A stretch of DNA of 64,000 nucleotides from an uncultured Chloroflexia bacterium (GTDB lineage Bacteria > Chloroflexota > Limnocylindria > Limnocylindrales > CSP1-4), in NCBI GenBank assembly GCA_963721015.1, contig CAVRHM010000002.1, positions 258,924 to 322,923 of the forward strand, written 5' to 3'. Positions 9,942 through 19,287 of this stretch are shown here, one piece after another. Under the pieces are notes generated by a model. It was not told where the DNA came from. It searched no databases and saw only the letters and a program-made list of their open reading frames with translations. Position 1 is the first letter of the stretch. Each line of letters starts with the position of its first letter. The position numbers and the translations under genes are program-made.

Positions 9942-10843
9942 CCATCCGTCCGGGTGGGGGTGCTCGCCGGCCGGCGGCCCGGCCCATCGGGCGCCCGGCC
10001 GCCCGGCGGACGACGGCGGCGGGGACGGTCCGCCGGACGCCCCGAGTCCGGCGCGCGTCGGCCGGGCTGTCGCCGATCCGGGCCGGGGCGATGCTGGCCG
10101 TCCTGCTCGCGGCCGCGGGCATCTACGGGGTCGCCAATTCGTCGGCCTTCCGCTACAGCAACCTGCAGATCGAGGGCGCGACGTTCACCGCGACCGAGGA
10201 CGTCCAGGAGTCCCTAGAGGCGGTCCGCGGCGCGAACCTGTTCCAGCTCCGGACCGGTCCGCTGGAGGCCGAGCTGCGCAAGCTGGGAACGGTCCGCGAC
10301 GCCTCGGTCGCCGTGCGCCTGCCCGACAGTCTCGTCGTCAATCTGGAGGAGCGCGAGGCGATCCTCGTCTGGCGGGTCGGCGCGCGCCGTTACCTCGTGG
10401 ATGACGCCGGCCGGCTGTTCGCCCGACTCGATGAGGCGACCGCCGCAGAGGCGACAGGTCTGCCGCTCGTCGAGGATCGGCGGGCGGCATCGGCGGGCCT
10501 GTCCGTGGGGCGGACCATCGACGGGGTCGACCTGGACGCGGCGACCCGCCTTGCGTCGCTCACCCCGGCCGATGTCGGGAGCAGCCTCGAGCGCCTGGCG
10601 GTCCTCGTCAGCGACGCTACCGGGTTCAGCATCCAGGCCCGGCCCGATGGCTGGCAGGCCGTCTTCGGGTTCTACACGCCCACCCTCCGCCAGCCCGAGC
10701 TCATCCCCGGCCAGGTCCGTCTCCTGCGCAGCCTCATCCTCGGGCGGGAGCCACTCATCGAGCGCGTCGTCCTCGCCTCGGAGACGGATGGCACCTACAT
10801 CCCCAAGCCGACCCCATCGCCGTCGCCGACGCCGGCTCCGTGA
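9938..10843 (+). CDS. ftsQ: Cell division protein FtsQ/DivIB (POTRA domain)
   Basis: Track ORF 9938..10843. Basic N-terminal tail, a single TM (AMLAVLLAAAGIYGV), then a POTRA-like segment. Lies between ddl and ftsA; ATGA overlap with ddl. Confidence 0.8.
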   Translation: MTIRPGGGARRPAARPIGRPAARRTTAAGTVRRTPRVRRASAGLSPIRAGAMLAVLLAAAGIYGVANSSAFRYSNLQIEGATFTATEDVQESLEAVRGANLFQLRTGPLEAELRKLGTVRDASVAVRLPDSLVVNLEEREAILVWRVGARRYLVDDAGRLFARLDEATAAEATGLPLVEDRRAASAGLSVGRTIDGVDLDAATRLASLTPADVGSSLERLAVLVSDATGFSIQARPDGWQAVFGFYTPTLRQPELIPGQVRLLRSLILGREPLIERVVLASETDGTYIPKPTPSPSPTPAP

Positions 10844-10948
10844 CCGATGAACCGGCGAGCGTGGCTTCACGCATCGCCGGCTTGGTTGCCGCTCCCCGTT
10901 GGCGTCGGGTAGCCTTGCCGAAACCCCGCAGACGAGGACGCCACCGAC

Positions 10949-11272
10949 GTGCTGTTACCCCTGCTCGGGCTCCTCGTGGGTGTCCTGGCGGGACTCGTCC
11001 TCAACGTCAACGTCAGCTTCGAGTTCAGTCGGTATTCGGCGGTGGCCATCCTGGCCGCCCTCGACTCGGTGCTCGGGGCGGTGCGGGCGGAGCTCGACGG
11101 GGTCTACGACAATCGGATCTTCATCAGCGGGTTCCTGGTCAACGCGATCATCGCGGTCCTGTTGACCTTCATCGGCGATCGGCTCGGCCTGGACCTGTAC
11201 CTCGTCGCGCTCATCACCTTCGGCCTGCGCATCTTCGATAACGTGGCCCTCATCCGGCGTCACTTCCTCTAG
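10949..11272 (+). CDS. Small basic membrane protein, DUF1290 (Sbp-like)
   Basis: Track ORF 10949..11272 (GTG start), 107 aa, hydrophobic. Resembles the sbp-type small protein found just upstream of ftsA in Firmicutes. Confidence 0.65.
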   Translation: MLLPLLGLLVGVLAGLVLNVNVSFEFSRYSAVAILAALDSVLGAVRAELDGVYDNRIFISGFLVNAIIAVLLTFIGDRLGLDLYLVALITFGLRIFDNVALIRRHFL

Positions 11273-11303
11273 ACGCCGACCCGGAACGGAGACGAACGAC
11301 ACG

Positions 11304-12536
11304 GTGGAACGAGAAGCGGTCCTCGTCGGCATCGACGTCGGCACCAGCAAGGTCTGCGCGCTCATCGGTGAGGTGAGCCGGGACGGGCGGCTGACGATCA
11401 TGGGCCACGGGACCGTCCCCGCGTCCGGGCTGAAGAAGGGCGTGGTCATCAACATCGACCAGACGGTCCGGTCCATCGCCGACGCGGTCGAGAAGGCCGA
11501 GCGGCTGTCCGGCTGGAAGATCGACCGCGCCTTCGTCGGCGTCGGTGGCCAGCACGTCGAGAGCCTCAACTCGCCCGGGCCAGGTCGCCGTCACCGGCCA
11601 CCATCGCGAGGTCAGCCGCGAGGACATCAACCGGGCCGTCGAGGTCGCCCGGGCGGTGCCCATCCCGTCGAACCGCGAGGTCCTCCACGTCGAGCGGCGC
11701 GGCTTCAGCGTCGACGGCCAGGAGGGCGTCAAGGACCCGCTCGGCATGAGCGCCCTGCGCCTGGAGGTCGAGACCCACATCGTCACGGCCTCGGCGACGG
11801 CCGTCCAGAACCTGTCCAAGTGCGTGGCCGCGGCCGGGGTCAAGATCGACGAGCTCGTCGTCAACGCGCTGGCCGCCGCCGAGGCCGTCCTCAACGAGAC
11901 CGAGAAGGAGCTGGGGGTCGCCGTCGCCGACATCGGCGCCGGGACCATCGACCTGGCCTTGTTCCAGGAGGGCTCGCCGTTCCACACCCGGGTCCTGCCG
12001 GTCGGCGGCAACAACGTGACCAACGACATCGCGGCCGTCCTCAAGACCTCGCTCCAGGTCGCCGAGGAGCTCAAGACCCGCCACGGCTCGGCGGACCTGC
12101 GGACCGTCGACGAGGACGAGGAGATCAGCGTCAGCGTCCTCGGCGAGGATGCCGGCCGGACCGTCAGCCGCTACGAGGTCTGCCAGGTCATCGAGGCGCG
12201 GATGCGCGAGACGTTCGAGCTGCTGCGCAACGAGATCCGGGCGGCCGGGGTCGGGCAGCTGCCGGCCGGGGTCATCCTGACCGGCGGGGCGCCGCAGCTG
12301 TCGGGCATCGCCGAGCTCGGCCGGGACGTCCTCGAGATGCCGGTCCGGGTCGCCGCCCCGACGGGCATCGGCGGGCTCGTCGACACCCTCCTCAACCCCG
12401 GCTACGCACGGCGGTCGGGCTGCTCCAGTGGGGCGCCATCAGCCTGTCGGGCGGCGAGCCGCTGCGCTACGAGTCGGCGCCGGCGATGGGTGGCCTCGGC
12501 CGCCTCCGCGACGCGCTCCGGAACATCTTCCCGTAG
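11304..12536 (+). pseudogene. ftsA: Cell division protein FtsA, reading frame interrupted twice as sequenced
   Basis: The N-terminus (VGIDVGTSKVCALIGE) is in the frame of track ORF 11304. The actin-fold core (ADIGAGTIDLALF, VLPVGGNNVTNDIA, ILTGGAPQLSGI) is in the frame of ORF 11545. The C-terminus returns to the first frame and stops at 12534-12536. Shifts lie at the CCCGGG run 11574-11579 and near 12405. Confidence 0.85.
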
Positions 12537-12947
12537 ACACCCGCGAACTGACGGTCCGGACCGGATCGGCCCGCGGGCTGGCCGACCTGACCGCCGCCTG
12601 CGCGGCGTTCCTCCGCGACGTCGATGCCGAGGACGGGCTGCTGTCCATCTTCGTGCCCCATGCCACGGCCGGGGTCGTCATCCTCGAGGTCGGGGCCGGC
12701 TCCGACGATGACCTGCTCGACGCGCTCGACCGCCTGCTCCCGCGCGAGGATCGCTGGTACCGCCATCGCCATGGCTCGCCCGGTCACGGCGCCGACCATG
12801 TCCTGCCGCTCCTGGCCGCGCCGTCGGTGACCGTGCCGGTCGTCGGCGGACAGGCGGCGCTCGGGACGTGGCAGTCGATCTGCCTGCTCGATCCCAACGC
12901 GGACAACGCGACCCGGACGGTCCGCCTCAGCTTCCTGCGCCGGCTGA
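12533..12947 (+). pseudogene. YjbQ/UPF0047 family protein (secondary thiamine-phosphate synthase type); start and stop unresolved
   Basis: Conserved core in the frame of track ORF 12428: LTVRTGS...LSIFVPHATAGVVILE...[10 protein letters not shown]...[10 protein letters not shown]...RTVRLSF. There is no canonical start codon at the 5' end of the similarity. Removing one base near 12938 gives ...LSFLAG + TGA at 12945-12947; as sequenced the frame runs on to 13216. Confidence 0.55.
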
Positions 12948-13179
12948 CCGCGCCGCCCGGCGTCCTCGGTGCCTCGGCGCACCACGCCCTCGCCGCGCGG
13001 ACGGACCATGGTGGAGTCCGGATGCTCGCATTCCCGCAGGTCGGCGCTATACTCGCCGCCAACCCTGCCGACCCGGTCCGGACGTGCGCCCCCGGGTCCT
13101 GCGCGCAAGTCACGTCCCAGGCCGCACTGGTCGCCCGTCCGCCAGCAGACACCCCCGAGAGGGCCGGAGGAAACACCCG

Positions 13180-14417
13180 ATGCCGTTGCGTTCCGATTCC
13201 GAGAACTTCGCGCTGATCCGCGTCATCGGTGTCGGGGGAGGCGGCAGCAATGCCGTCAATCGGATGATCCGGGCCGAGATGATGGGCGTCGAGTTCATCG
13301 CCTGCAACACGGACGCGCAGGCGCTCCTGCAGTCGGATGCGCCGCACAAGATCCGGATCGGCGACAAGGTCACCCGCGGCCTCGGTGCCGGCGGCGACTC
13401 GGCCATGGGCCAGCGCTCGGCCGAGGAGGACTCGGAGAAGATCTCGGCGGCCCTGGCGGACTCCGACATGGTCTTCATCACCGCCGGCCTCGGCGGCGGG
13501 ACCGGCTGCGGCGCGGCGCCCGGTCGTCGCCCAGATCGCCAAGGAGTCGGGCGCGCTGACCATCGGCGTCGTGACCAAGCCGTTCACCTTCGAGGGCAAC
13601 AAGCGCAAGCTCGTCGCGGAGAAGGCGGCCGAGGAGCTGAAGGCCCAGGTCGACACGCTCATCACCATCCCCAACGACCGGCTCAAGGACGTCGTCCAGA
13701 AGAACACGAGCATCCTCGACGCCTTCCGCGTCGTCGACGACGTCCTCCGCCAGGGCGTCCAGGGGATCAGCGACATCATCACGATGCCGGGCCTCATCAA
13801 CCTCGACTTCGCCGACGTGCGAGCGATCATGAAGGACGCCGGCTCGGCGCTCATGGGCATCGGCCGGGCGTCCGGCGAGAACCGCGCCGTCGAGGCCGCC
13901 CGCCAGGCCATCGCCAGCCCGCTCCTGGAGGTCGACATCGCCGGGGCCCAGGGCATCCTGTTCAACATCACCGGCTCGTCGAACCTGTCGCTGTACGAGG
14001 TGACCGAGGCGGCCGAGGAGATCCGCGCCGCGGCCGACCCGGAGGCCAACATCATCTTCGGGACGAGCTTCAACGAGCGCCTCGGCGACGAGGTCATGAT
14101 CACCGTCATCGCCACGGGCTTCGACGGCGGCAAGCGCCGACCGAGCGCCCATCGCGAGGCGACCGGGGTCATGGACGCAGGCGCCTCCAGCCGCGCGAGC
14201 CGCACGAGCGCGACTTCCTCGAGGAGCTCCAGCGCCAGCGCGAGCAGGTCGACGACGCCGGCCGCCGCCCGCGACGACGAGCATGGCCGCGCTCGTGTCC
14301 GCGCCGCGCAGCGTCGGGACGTCCGCCGCGCCGGCGGCCAAGCCCCCGACCTACGACGCGGACGACCTCGAGATCCCGAGCTTCCTCCGCCGCTCAAGTA
14401 GGGCCGGCCGGTGGTGA
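13180..14417 (+). pseudogene. ftsZ: Cell division GTPase FtsZ, reading frame interrupted at least twice as sequenced
   Basis: RBS GGAGG at 13166-13170 and ATG at 13180. [13 protein letters not shown] and GLGGGTG lie in frame 1. A shift falls at the C-run 13519-13521. The core ([25 protein letters not shown]...) continues in the track ORF 13337 frame. The conserved C-terminal peptide [11 protein letters not shown] lies in a third frame ending at TGA 14415-14417. Confidence 0.9.
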
Positions 14418-15177
14418 CCCCACCGGACCCGACCGAGGTCGCCGCGCTCGCCGCGGCCGCGCACGACCGTTCTTGACCGCATCGCGTCCGCGTGCGCCCG
14501 CGCGGGCCGCGACCCGGCGGCGGTCACGCTCGTCGCCGTGTCCAAGACCGTCGATGCCGAACGACTCCGGGCGGCCGTCGCCGCCGGCTTGACGCGTCCT
14601 CGGCGAGAACCGGGTCCAGGAAGGCGAGGTCGAAGCGACCGGACGTGCCCGGCGCTACGATGGGAGCTCATCGGGCCGCTCCAGTCGAACAAGGCCCGCA
14701 GGGCGCTGGAGACGTTCGAGCGGATCCAGACGGTCGACTCGGTCGGTCTCGCCGAGCGCCTCGATCGGCTCGCCGGCGAGGTCCGGCCGGGCGCGCCGTA
14801 TCCCATCCTCGCTCCAGGTCAACGTCGACGACGACCCGGCCAAGGCCGGCTTCGCCGCCGACCGAGGTCGGGCCCGCGCTCGACGCCATCGCCGCGCCTG
14901 CCGAACGTCGTCGTCGAGGGCCTGATGACGATCGGTCGGTTCGTCGAGCGACGCCGGAGGCCGCCCGGTCGACGTTCCCGGCCTGCGGGAGCTCGCCCGC
15001 CGACTCCGCGACGGCGGAGCGCCCCTCGGCCCGGCGCTGTCGATGGGCATGACCGACGACTTCGAGGTCGCCATCGAGGAGGGCGCGACGATCGTCCGGG
15101 TCGGCCGGGCGCTGTTCGGCGAACGGCCGCATCACCACGCCGGCGCGGCGGACGCACACGCCCACCCGCCCGGTTGA
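14414..15177 (+). pseudogene. yggS: YggS-family pyridoxal-phosphate homeostasis protein, multiple frame breaks as sequenced
   Basis: Fragments are spread over three frames: [90 protein letters not shown] 14414 overlaps the inferred ftsZ stop. Confidence 0.75.
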
Positions 15178-15225
15178 CCGGTGCCCACAGGGGGTCTGGC
15201 TCGCCACCGCTGGTAGACTCCGGAC

Positions 15226-15473
15226 GTGGGCGGCGCTTTCGTCTCGAACTTCCTGCAGTTCCTGCTCATGGCCCTGTGGGCTGCTCGTCCTCGGTCGGAT
15301 GCTCATGTCCTGGGTCGATCCGCAGGGCCGCAACCAGATCTCGGGCTTGCTGTTCCAGGCCACCGAGCCGATCCTCGCGCCGGTCCGCCGGATGCTGCCC
15401 GCAGAGCGGCATGATCGATTGGTCGGGGTTCATCGTGCTCATCGTCCTCGGCTTGCTGTGGCGCGCCTTCTGA
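15226..15473 (+). pseudogene. YggT-family small membrane protein, frame breaks as sequenced
   Basis: Pieces in three frames: FVSNFLQFLLMALW, MLMSWVDPQGRNQISGLLFQATEPILAPVRRMLP, GMIDWSGFIVLIVLGLLWRAF. In the expected position after yggS. Confidence 0.6.
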
Positions 15474-15477
15474 CGTC

Positions 15478-15762
15478 TTGACCCACCCTGCCGTCCGTTT
15501 CGCCGTCCGCCTCGCCCCCCGAGCGGCGGCTGACCGCGTCGACGGCGTCGTCGACGGGGTCCTGCGCGCACGGGTCACCGCCCCGGCCGTCGAGGGGGCG
15601 GCCAACAACGCGCTGATCCGGCTCATCGCCGATGAGCTCGGAGGTGGCCAAGAGCGACGTCCGCATCGTGGCCGGGGCGACAAGTCGCCAGAAGCTCGTC
15701 GTCGTGGACGGGGTCGATGCCGAGGTCATCACCGAACGGCTGGCCCGGGCTTCGAGGTCTGA
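15478..15762 (+). pseudogene. DUF167 (YggU-like) protein, frame break as sequenced
   Basis: VRFAVRLAPRAAADRVDGV...ARVTAPAVEGAANNALIRLIADEL lies in the track ORF 15478 frame. The continuation, VAKSDVRIVAGATSRQKLVVVDG, lies in the ORF 15632 frame. Confidence 0.55.
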
Positions 15763-15828
15763 GCGACATCGGGTATCATCGCCGGGCCGTCGCGACGACG
15801 GCGCCGCGGCGCACTGCGGGCCGCCTGG

Positions 15829-15905
15829 GGGCGATTAGCTCAGTTGGTCAGAGCGCACGGTTCACATCCGTGAGGTCACTGGTTCGAACCCAGTATCGCC
15901 CACCA
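15829..15905 (+). tRNA. tRNA-Val (anticodon CAC), CCA encoded
   Basis: Cloverleaf read by hand. Acceptor GGGCGAT/ATCGCCC, D-arm GCTC-AGTTGGTCA-GAGC, anticodon stem CACGG/CCGTG with loop TTCACAT, T-arm CTGGT-TCGAACC-CAG region, and 3' ACCA. Confidence 0.88.
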
Positions 15906-15921
15906 AGAGACGTCAACGGAC

Positions 15922-15939
15922 CAGGGCCCCCGGGCCCTG
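15922..15939. terminator. GC-rich palindromic stem-loop between tRNA-Val and the convergent comF-like gene
   Basis: CAGGGCCC-CC-GGGCCCTG is a perfect inverted repeat located between two convergent 3' ends. No U-tract. Confidence 0.35.
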
Positions 15940-15954
15940 CTGTCACCATCGGTC

Positions 15955-16536
15955 CTACCGCGCGGCACCACCGCCGTCCCTGGCGGCACGCGCCAACGTG
16001 CCCGGCAGGATCGTCGCCGACCGTGCCACTGCGATCGCCATGACGGGACGATCGTCGTCGGCTTCGCGGATCGCGGCCAGGCAGGCTCGAAGTGTCGCTC
16101 CCGACCGCAGGACATCATCGACCAGGATCACGACTTCCCCCCGCTCGTCGCGGCGCCACGCCAGCGACGACTCCGCACCGGTCTCCAGCCGGGGGCCGGC
16201 GGACTTGGCCTCGGGGATGTCATGGATGCGAACCAGTCGGTCCTGCGCAAGCAGCCAGCCTCGCGAGTCCGCGATGGCCTCGGCGATGCTGCGGACGAAG
16301 GACGAGGCGCTTCCGGCTCGATGACCCGGAACGGGAACGACCAGACCGTCATCGACGTCTGGCCATGCACGTCGCGCAGCACGACGGGCACCCTCAAGGA
16401 TGACGTCGAGCGCAGCTCGGTCGCCGGCTCGCGCATCGCGGATCGAGCGGTGCAGTCCATCCGGGTCGTCGCTCGCGAACGACCCTAGGAGGACGTGCGC
16501 GGGGACGGCGACCCGAGTCGACTGCGCGCGCATCAC
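15955..16536 (-). CDS. ComF-family / type I phosphoribosyltransferase-domain protein
   Basis: Track ORF 15955..16536. PRTase loop VVILVDDVLRSGATL. GTG start overlaps the stop of the upstream amidohydrolase gene (GTGA). Confidence 0.6.
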   Translation of the reverse strand: MMRAQSTRVAVPAHVLLGSFASDDPDGLHRSIRDARAGDRAALDVILEGARRAARRAWPDVDDGLVVPVPGHRAGSASSFVRSIAEAIADSRGWLLAQDRLVRIHDIPEAKSAGPRLETGAESSLAWRRDERGEVVILVDDVLRSGATLRACLAAIREADDDRPVMAIAVARSATILPGTLARAARDGGGAAR

Positions 16537-17409
16537 GACGGTGGAGGAGCGTGGCCAAGATCGTTCGACAACCGATAGACCTCGATGGCCGTCCCGCCAA
16601 GGATCCGTGCTTGTTCCCCGACCGAGAGTTCAGAGGCAAGGGCACGCGTCGCCTGGACGACATCACCGTAGGATGAAACCAGTCGACAGACGGGCCAATC
16701 GGATCCGAACATCAGGCGCTCAGGTCCGAACGCCTCCAGGGCGACGTCCCAGGCCGGCCGGAGCTCATCGACCGTCCAACCCGGCCCGGCGGCCGTGTCC
16801 AACCCCGACACCTTCGCAACAGACCGTGGGCGACGCGGCAGCCGCCCGGATGGCCGCCACCCACGCGTCCCAACCGTCGGCCCGGAACGGTGGCTTGGCC
16901 AGGTGATCGATCACCAACCTCAAGTCGGGATGCGCTTTGACCACCCTTGGGATGAGGGGCAGGTGATCAGGGAACACGGCAACGACATCGAACGGGATAC
17001 CCCGCTCCTCGAGGAGTGACAGCCCCGGCTGGATCGCCGGCCGCACGAGCCACTCTGCGTCCGCCTCCCGGTGGATGAGGTGGCGCACGCCACAGAGGGT
17101 GTCGCCTTCCCGGTCCAGCGCTCGCTCCGCGTCGGGACGGTCAGCGAGGGGGATCCAGCCGACGACGCCGGCGATCCAGGGATGCCGGCTGGCCACGGAC
17201 CGCATCGCGTCGGTGTCCATGCGGGAGTCGATCGCCTGGACGATCACGGTCGCGTCGATGCCTGCGCTGGCGAGCTCGGGAGCGAGGTCCTCGGCGGAGA
17301 AGCTTCGGTGGATGGGGGCCTCGGCCGGGGTCGGCCAGGCGTACCAGCCGGTCGATAGATCCCAGAAGTGATGGTGGGCGTCGACCAGGGGGGCCGATCG
17401 CTCCCTCAT
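16533..17409 (-). pseudogene. Amidohydrolase-2 (COG3618) sugar lactonase, L-fucono-1,5-lactonase-like; one frame break as sequenced
   Basis: The N-terminal part (LVDAHHHFWD..., track ORF 16765..17436 from the internal ATG at 17409) and the C-terminal part (LMFGSDWPVC..., track ORF 16533..16811) overlap in different frames near 16800. ATGA overlap with the gntR-type gene stop at 17406-17409. Confidence 0.7.
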
Positions 17410-18092
17410 GTCTCTCCCTGGGCGCGCTGGAACCACGCTTCGGTGGTCGCGACGTGCACGAGCGCTGCCGCTTCGGCGCGCTCCGCATCGCGTGCCCGCA
17501 ACGCGTCCAGGATCTCTCGGTGCTGCACGACCGTGCGTGTGGAGGCCGCCTCATCAGCCAGACCTCGCCACGCACGTGCCCGCGTGGTCCGGCTCGACAC
17601 GGCCGCGAGCATCGACGCCAGGGTCGCGTTGTCCGACCGGCGCGCGATGGCCTCGTGGAACTCGGCGTCGAATGGCATCCGTTCTGCCGCAGAGGGCGCG
17701 GCTTCCATGGCGGTGAGCAAGCGCTCGAGCTCGCCAAGGGTCGTGTCATCCATGCGGCCAGCGGCTAGTCGGGTCGCCGCTGGTTCGAGGATGCGCCGCA
17801 CGACGATGAGCTCAAGCGAGAACCCTTCGTGCATCAGCTCCACCGCGGCCGTGACGCCCTCCAGGAGGAGCTCAGGCCGGAGGCTCGTCACGAAGGTCCC
17901 GTCGCCTCGGCGAACATCCAGGACGCGCGCCGTCACGAGCGCACGGACGGCCTCTCGGACGGTATTGCGAGAAGCTCCGACCGCCGCCGCCAGCTCGGAC
18001 TCGGGCGGCAGCCGCGATCCGGGCTGGAGGTCGCCACTCGCGATCATCGCCCGCATCTGCTGGATCGCCGCTTCGGTAAGGGGTGCCGACAC
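17406..18092 (-). CDS. GntR-family transcriptional regulator, FadR subfamily (FCD C-terminal domain)
   Basis: Track ORF 17406..18092. N-terminal winged HTH (LPPESELAAAVGASRNTVREAVRAL) followed by an all-helical FCD-like domain. Divergent from the ABC transporter/sugar-acid genes. Confidence 0.8.
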   Translation of the reverse strand: MSAPLTEAAIQQMRAMIASGDLQPGSRLPPESELAAAVGASRNTVREAVRALVTARVLDVRRGDGTFVTSLRPELLLEGVTAAVELMHEGFSLELIVVRRILEPAATRLAAGRMDDTTLGELERLLTAMEAAPSAAERMPFDAEFHEAIARRSDNATLASMLAAVSSRTTRARAWRGLADEAASTRTVVQHREILDALRARDAERAEAAALVHVATTEAWFQRAQGET

Positions 18093-18150
18093 GCTTGGTC
18101 TCCGATTCGATGCGTCGAAGATACCCTACCTTTCGGCGCCGTTTCATACT

Positions 18151-18165
18151 AGACATCCGATGTCT
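18151..18165. promoter_or_regulatory. Candidate GntR/FadR-type operator (perfect 6-3-6 inverted repeat AGACAT-CCG-ATGTCT)
   Basis: Lies in the 155-nt divergent region between the regulator and the transporter. The extended half-site CTAGACAT recurs inverted as ATGTCTAG at 18225-18232, overlapping the GGAG upstream of the permease start. Confidence 0.4.
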
Positions 18166-18247
18166 GTGCCGCTACCGTTGCACAACGGAGGAACTCATAC
18201 GGTCGGAATCGGCCCGGGTATGGGATGTCTAGGAGTCGAGAACGCCG

Positions 18248-19287
18248 TTGACGTCGGATGACATGACCACCACCGCTGCCCCACGGCGAACGACACCGGG
18301 GCGGACGCGCGCGATCGAGGCCGGGTTGCTCTTCCTGCGCCTTGGACCCGCTGTCGGACTCGTGGTGCTCATCGTCGTCCTCAGCCAGCTGAGCCCGGCC
18401 TTCGCTACTCCGCGCAACATCGGCAACCTGCTCGCCCAGTCGGCGGTCATCTGTGTGCTGGCGATCGGCCAGCTGCTGGTGATCGTGACTCGGGGCATCG
18501 ACCTGTCGGTCGGCTCGACGCTGGCGCTCGGCACCGTCACCGGGGCGCTGGCATTCGCGGCTGGGATGCCCACCCCGATCGTGGTCCTGACGATGCTCGC
18601 GACCGGTGCCCTCGTCGGCGTCGTCAACGGCGTCGTCTACGTGTACGGACGCCTGCCCCACCCGTTCATCATCACGCTGGCGACGCTGAGCATCGCGCGC
18701 GGGCTCGCGCTCGTGGCTCTCGGATGGCCAGCCGATCCAGGGCATGCCCGAGGCCGTACGGCACTCGGCGGGGACATCCTGTTCGGCTGGCTGCCCGTGT
18801 CGACGCTCCTGGTCGGGGCGATCGCGGGCGTCGCCCTCCTCCTGACAGCGGGCATGGTCTGGGGCCGGTGGATCTACGCGGTCGGCGGCAACCCGGAAGG
18901 CTGCTCGTCGGATCGGCATCCCGGTGGGCGGCATCCTCATCTCCGTCTACATCCTCAGCGGGCTGATGGCCGGCTTCGCCGCGCTCCTGACTGCGGGCCG
19001 GACCGATGCCGGCGCGCCGACCTTCGGGGCCCTGGCGGAGCTCGACGCGATCGCCGCCGTGATCATCGGCGGGGCCAGCTTCCTGGGCGGCCGCGGCCAC
19101 GTCGGCAACGCGATCGTCGGCGCGCTGATGATCGGCGTCATCCGGAACGGGATGAACCTCCTGAACGTCGACTCGTTCTTCCAGCCCATCGTCATCGGCG
19201 TCGTCATCGTCCTCGCCGTCGAGGCCGACGTCATCCGCAACCGGCTGGAGCAGCGCTTCCGGGTCTTCGAGGCGGCGCTGGGCATGA
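18248..19287 (+). pseudogene. CUT2 (RbsC/FrcC-type) monosaccharide ABC transporter permease, frame breaks as sequenced
   Basis: The N-terminal two thirds are in track ORF 18248 (TRGIDLSVGSTLALG...). The C-terminal third is in the track ORF 18924 frame ([19 protein letters not shown]...[10 protein letters not shown]...). The inferred stop shares ATGA with the ATPase start. Confidence 0.75.

Noticed and set aside
13048-13053. TATACT hexamer as the ftsZ promoter -10 element.
   Set aside because: It is a single hexamer with no convincing -35 partner, so the evidence is too weak to list as a feature. It is mentioned only in the yjbQ/ftsZ finding.
11304-14417. Programmed ribosomal frameshifting or recoding as an explanation for broken ftsA/ftsZ, and pyrrolysine or another readthrough for the TAG at 52813.
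   Set aside because: No slippery heptamers or downstream pseudoknot-like structures are evident at the break points. Breaks occur in dozens of unrelated genes and mostly at short C/G runs. Sequencing or assembly error is far more parsimonious.
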